A stretch of DNA of 64,000 nucleotides from Candidatus Bathyarchaeota archaeon (lineage in GTDB: Archaea; Thermoproteota; Bathyarchaeia; Bathyarchaeales; Bathycorpusculaceae). Below are positions 61,528 to 64,000 of the stretch, in pieces. The stretch lies in the NCBI GenBank assembly GCA_963828195.1, contig CAWHDT010000001.1, positions 192,001 to 256,000 on the forward strand, read 5' to 3'. How positions within the stretch are numbered: position 1 is the first letter of the stretch; each line of letters opens with the position of its first letter. Made by a program: the position numbers and the translations under genes. A model generated the notes under the pieces. It was given only the letters and a program-made list of their open reading frames with translations. It searched no databases and was not told the origin of the DNA.

Positions 61528-62337
61528 TTACTGAATTGTTAAGGCTTGTTTTCGAGTTGTTTGAGCGTTCTTCCGCATGTTTTCAAAGTAAGCTTCTGCC
61601 AGTTTTATAACATGAGGGTTATTTGTCCATAAGCTGGGCATCGGGTTTGTTTCAGACACGGCTAGAGTCACTTCTTCTTTATCAAATATGTGCATTCCAA
61701 ATAGCCTAGAGGTTTCAGGCAAGTATCTGTGTTCAAAAAGGGGATTTTTCGATAAAGATTTTGGGTCCTCTGTAGTAGTGGTTTCTCCATTAAAATTCAA
61801 TGTTATGACTCGTACCTTTACACCTCTTCTTACCGCTCTCTCGACGTATGGGTAATTATCAAATAACATTCCATCATTCATTTTTTTTGGACACATAAAA
61901 TCAATACTTTTTTTGGTCGAGTCAGCCAACCTGTTATGCATTCTGGAAAGAATAGTCCATTTGGAAGTAATCGTGAACTGCACATTTTCCTGCAGAATAT
62001 TTTGGTTGCTACTTTCACAAAAAATAATAGACATCATTTTTGCTTGTTTTTCTGCTTCAACGTAGTCTTCTTTTTTGTTTTGCAGCAGGATCGATAAGCC
62101 TTCATTAATTGGGGTGGCTTTGTACATTGTTGGTTTGGTAATCATTTTTTCGACGAGCCCTTTTTCTTGGAGTTCAACAAGTACGCGATAAACGTCTTGT
62201 GAAGCGACCTGCGCCGTCTTAGCAGTTGTTCTTGCCGTTGACATACCTAATTTAGCGAGGGCTATGTAGACTTTTGCTTGCAATACCGAAAGCCCCAAAT
62301 TAACTAGCGTTTGCACCGATTCTTCCATGGGCTTCAC
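61528..62337 (-). CDS. TrmB family transcriptional regulator (paralog of 45687-46472)
   Basis: LGLSVLQAKVYIAL...QDVYRVLVELQEKGLVEK; FGMHIFDK.EVT. Confidence 0.9.
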   Translation of the reverse strand: MKPMEESVQTLVNLGLSVLQAKVYIALAKLGMSTARTTAKTAQVASQDVYRVLVELQEKGLVEKMITKPTMYKATPINEGLSILLQNKKEDYVEAEKQAKMMSIIFCESSNQNILQENVQFTITSKWTILSRMHNRLADSTKKSIDFMCPKKMNDGMLFDNYPYVERAVRRGVKVRVITLNFNGETTTTEDPKSLSKNPLFEHRYLPETSRLFGMHIFDKEEVTLAVSETNPMPSLWTNNPHVIKLAEAYFENMRKNAQTTRKQALTIQ

Positions 62338-62497
62338 GTTTCTTTTCCCCTTGACAGCACTAAATTAAGTGGAAATTACTATAAATCATTTTCCAATAAA
62401 ACAGGTCCTTATCAAAAATAATCGTAATTAATACCTGTTTTAGGCGAAAAAATACGGAAAAAAAATGTTATTTTTCATTTCATGAAGCCACGTAAAG

Positions 62498-62532
62498 TTG
62501 GTAGTCGCCTGCCTTACTGGAACAATTTAAAA
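62498..62532 (+). promoter_or_regulatory. TTGGTAGTCG-N5-CTTAC motif plus TATA box
   Basis: Fourth copy; TTTAAAA at 62526. Confidence 0.7.
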
Positions 62533-62579
62533 GGCTTTTTGGGCAAAGCTGTCTTTCACAGAAAAAAGGAAATGAAAAA

Positions 62580-64000
62580 ATGCTAAAAGCAAAAAACAGA
62601 ATTTTAGCAATTGCAATTGCAATGTTTTTAACCCTTTCAATGTCAGCTTCAATGATCCTTATTCCATCTGCTAGTGCGCATAATCCTGCATGGCAGATTC
62701 CAACGCACGCCTACATACAAACTCTGCCAAATCCTATAGGTGTCGGTCAGTCAATCACTGTTTATATTTGGCTTGACAAAACCTTCGGATCAGGTTTCGA
62801 AGCAGCAAGCTACGCGCAGGTTACAAATGACTATAGATTCCACAACTACGAAGTCGTCATTACAGCGCCAGACGGCACCCAAACAACAGATACTTTCAAT
62901 GTCATCACAGACCCAACATCATCACAGCTGTTTTCGTTTACGCCAACTCAAGTCGGCACATACATCTTCAACTTTACTTTCCCAGGGCAGGCTTACGCTC
63001 AATACCCCGGCGGCTATAATCCCGCCTCAGTGTTAGTTAACGACACTTATTTGGCAAGCAGTGCATCAACAACGCTTACTGTACAGCAAAGTCCAATAGG
63101 TGCGGCGACAACGAGCGAACCGTTTCCGACAAATTACTGGACGCGCCCAATTTACGGTCAAGACTCTAACTGGTACACGCTCTCGTCAAACTGGCTAGGC
63201 ACAGGCAACCCAGTATTCGTCACCGAAAACTATGACAAAAACGTCTACGTTCCCGACGCCGTCGGCTCCTTAACCTCGCACATCATGTGGACCTACCCGC
63301 TTGAAAGCGGAGGAGTCGTTGGAGGAAACCTGTTCAGCACAGGCGGAGCGTACCCAGCTAGCCCACAAGGAGTCGGATACTTCGAGGGTTCAGCATACAA
63401 CAACAGATTCATCAACCCGATAATACTCGACGGAATGCTCTACTACAAGGAACCAGTGTCATTCGGCGCCAGTGTTGGACCACTCGTTTGCCAAAACCTG
63501 CAAACAGGACAAATCATCTGGACCAGCACAGTGATACCAGCATTATCATTCGGCTACATCTATAACCTGTGGGACCCTGACCAACACGGTGTTTATCCAC
63601 CGATTCTGTTCAGCACCAACTTTGCCCAAGCTTACGATGCCTACACAGGAGACCCACTCTTCAACGTAACTGGTGTCCCCACAGGAACGGCTGTGACAGG
63701 TCCAAGTGGCGAACAACTAAGACTTGTCTTATCGAATGACGGCACCACAGCAAACCCAGCTTGGTATTTGGCTGAATGGAACTCGTCCAGACTTTGGGAT
63801 ACGTTTGCGAATCCCTGGACAGGCGCTACTCTTCTCAGCCCCGCACTCTACAATGACTCTACAGCTTCCGGCGCTAGCTTAACCACGGCTCAATCACAGG
63901 AGGGAAATGTTACACAACCAGCAATAGGAACTCCTGCAGGCCTCAACAACAATGCACCAGCCACCTATAATTATGTAATTTACGCAAACGTCGTAAATTC
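62580..64000 (+). CDS. PQQ-like beta-propeller surface protein (paralog 3, runs off window)
   Basis: Not in ORF track because no stop in window; MLKAKNRILAIAIAMFLTLSMSASMILIPSASAHNPAWQIPT..., WTRPIYG, SHIMW, YFEGSAY. Confidence 0.87.
   Translation, partial: MLKAKNRILAIAIAMFLTLSMSASMILIPSASAHNPAWQIPTHAYIQTLPNPIGVGQSITVYIWLDKTFGSGFEAASYAQVTNDYRFHNYEVVITAPDGTQTTDTFNVITDPTSSQLFSFTPTQVGTYIFNFTFPGQAYAQYPGGYNPASVLVNDTYLASSASTTLTVQQSPIGAATTSEPFPTNYWTRPIYGQDSNWYTLSSNWLGTGNPVFVTENYDKNVYVPDAVGSLTSHIMWTYPLESGGVVGGNLFSTGGAYPASPQGVGYFEGSAYNNRFINPIILDGMLYYKEPVSFGASVGPLVCQNLQTGQIIWTSTVIPALSFGYIYNLWDPDQHGVYPPILFSTNFAQAYDAYTGDPLFNVTGVPTGTAVTGPSGEQLRLVLSNDGTTANPAWYLAEWNSSRLWDTFANPWTGATLLSPALYNDSTASGASLTTAQSQEGNVTQPAIGTPAGLNNNAPATYNYVIYANVVN

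Noticed and set aside
2434-63036. Numerous short overlapping or antisense ORFs in the track (inside polC, acn, acl, ppsA, mcm, gdhA and the propeller genes)
   Set aside because: They overlap confidently identified genes and have no recognisable motifs
46682-64000. Diversity-generating retroelement acting on the propeller genes
   Set aside because: No reverse transcriptase and no TR/VR pair with adenine-specific mismatches seen

Overview
Archaeal chromosomal window, most consistent with Bathyarchaeia (inferred from PolD DP2, Elf1, two GINS subunits and an expanded family of secreted PQQ-like beta-propeller proteins). Most of it is core information-processing gene neighbourhood: PolD, SRP54-Pus10-L21e-Rpo4-KsgA-HemK, L10e, Dph2, Csl4, Rpo11, TFS, PCNA-PriL-PriS-GINS51, L44e-S27e-Nop10-PAC2, MCM-GINS23. 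Accessory or unexplained elements: (1) dense ATCAC/GTGAT motif arrays around an HTH-like gene and a membrane-anchored winged-helix gene at the left end; (2) an aconitase-IDH-ATP citrate lyase operon; (3) a ~180 bp double-inverted-repeat element present twice in opposite orientation 34 kb apart; (4) a candidate box C/D sRNA; (5) DPM-synthase, GT-C-like and archaeosortase genes inserted into the replication cluster; (6) three regulator plus beta-propeller surface-protein cassettes sharing a promoter motif, with a 3' structured element and C-terminal anchor visible on the two complete copies, one cassette flanked by tRNA 3'-end fragments; (7) a 14-codon ORF where aIF2-alpha normally lies. All calls come from reading the sequence by eye; no database searches were run.
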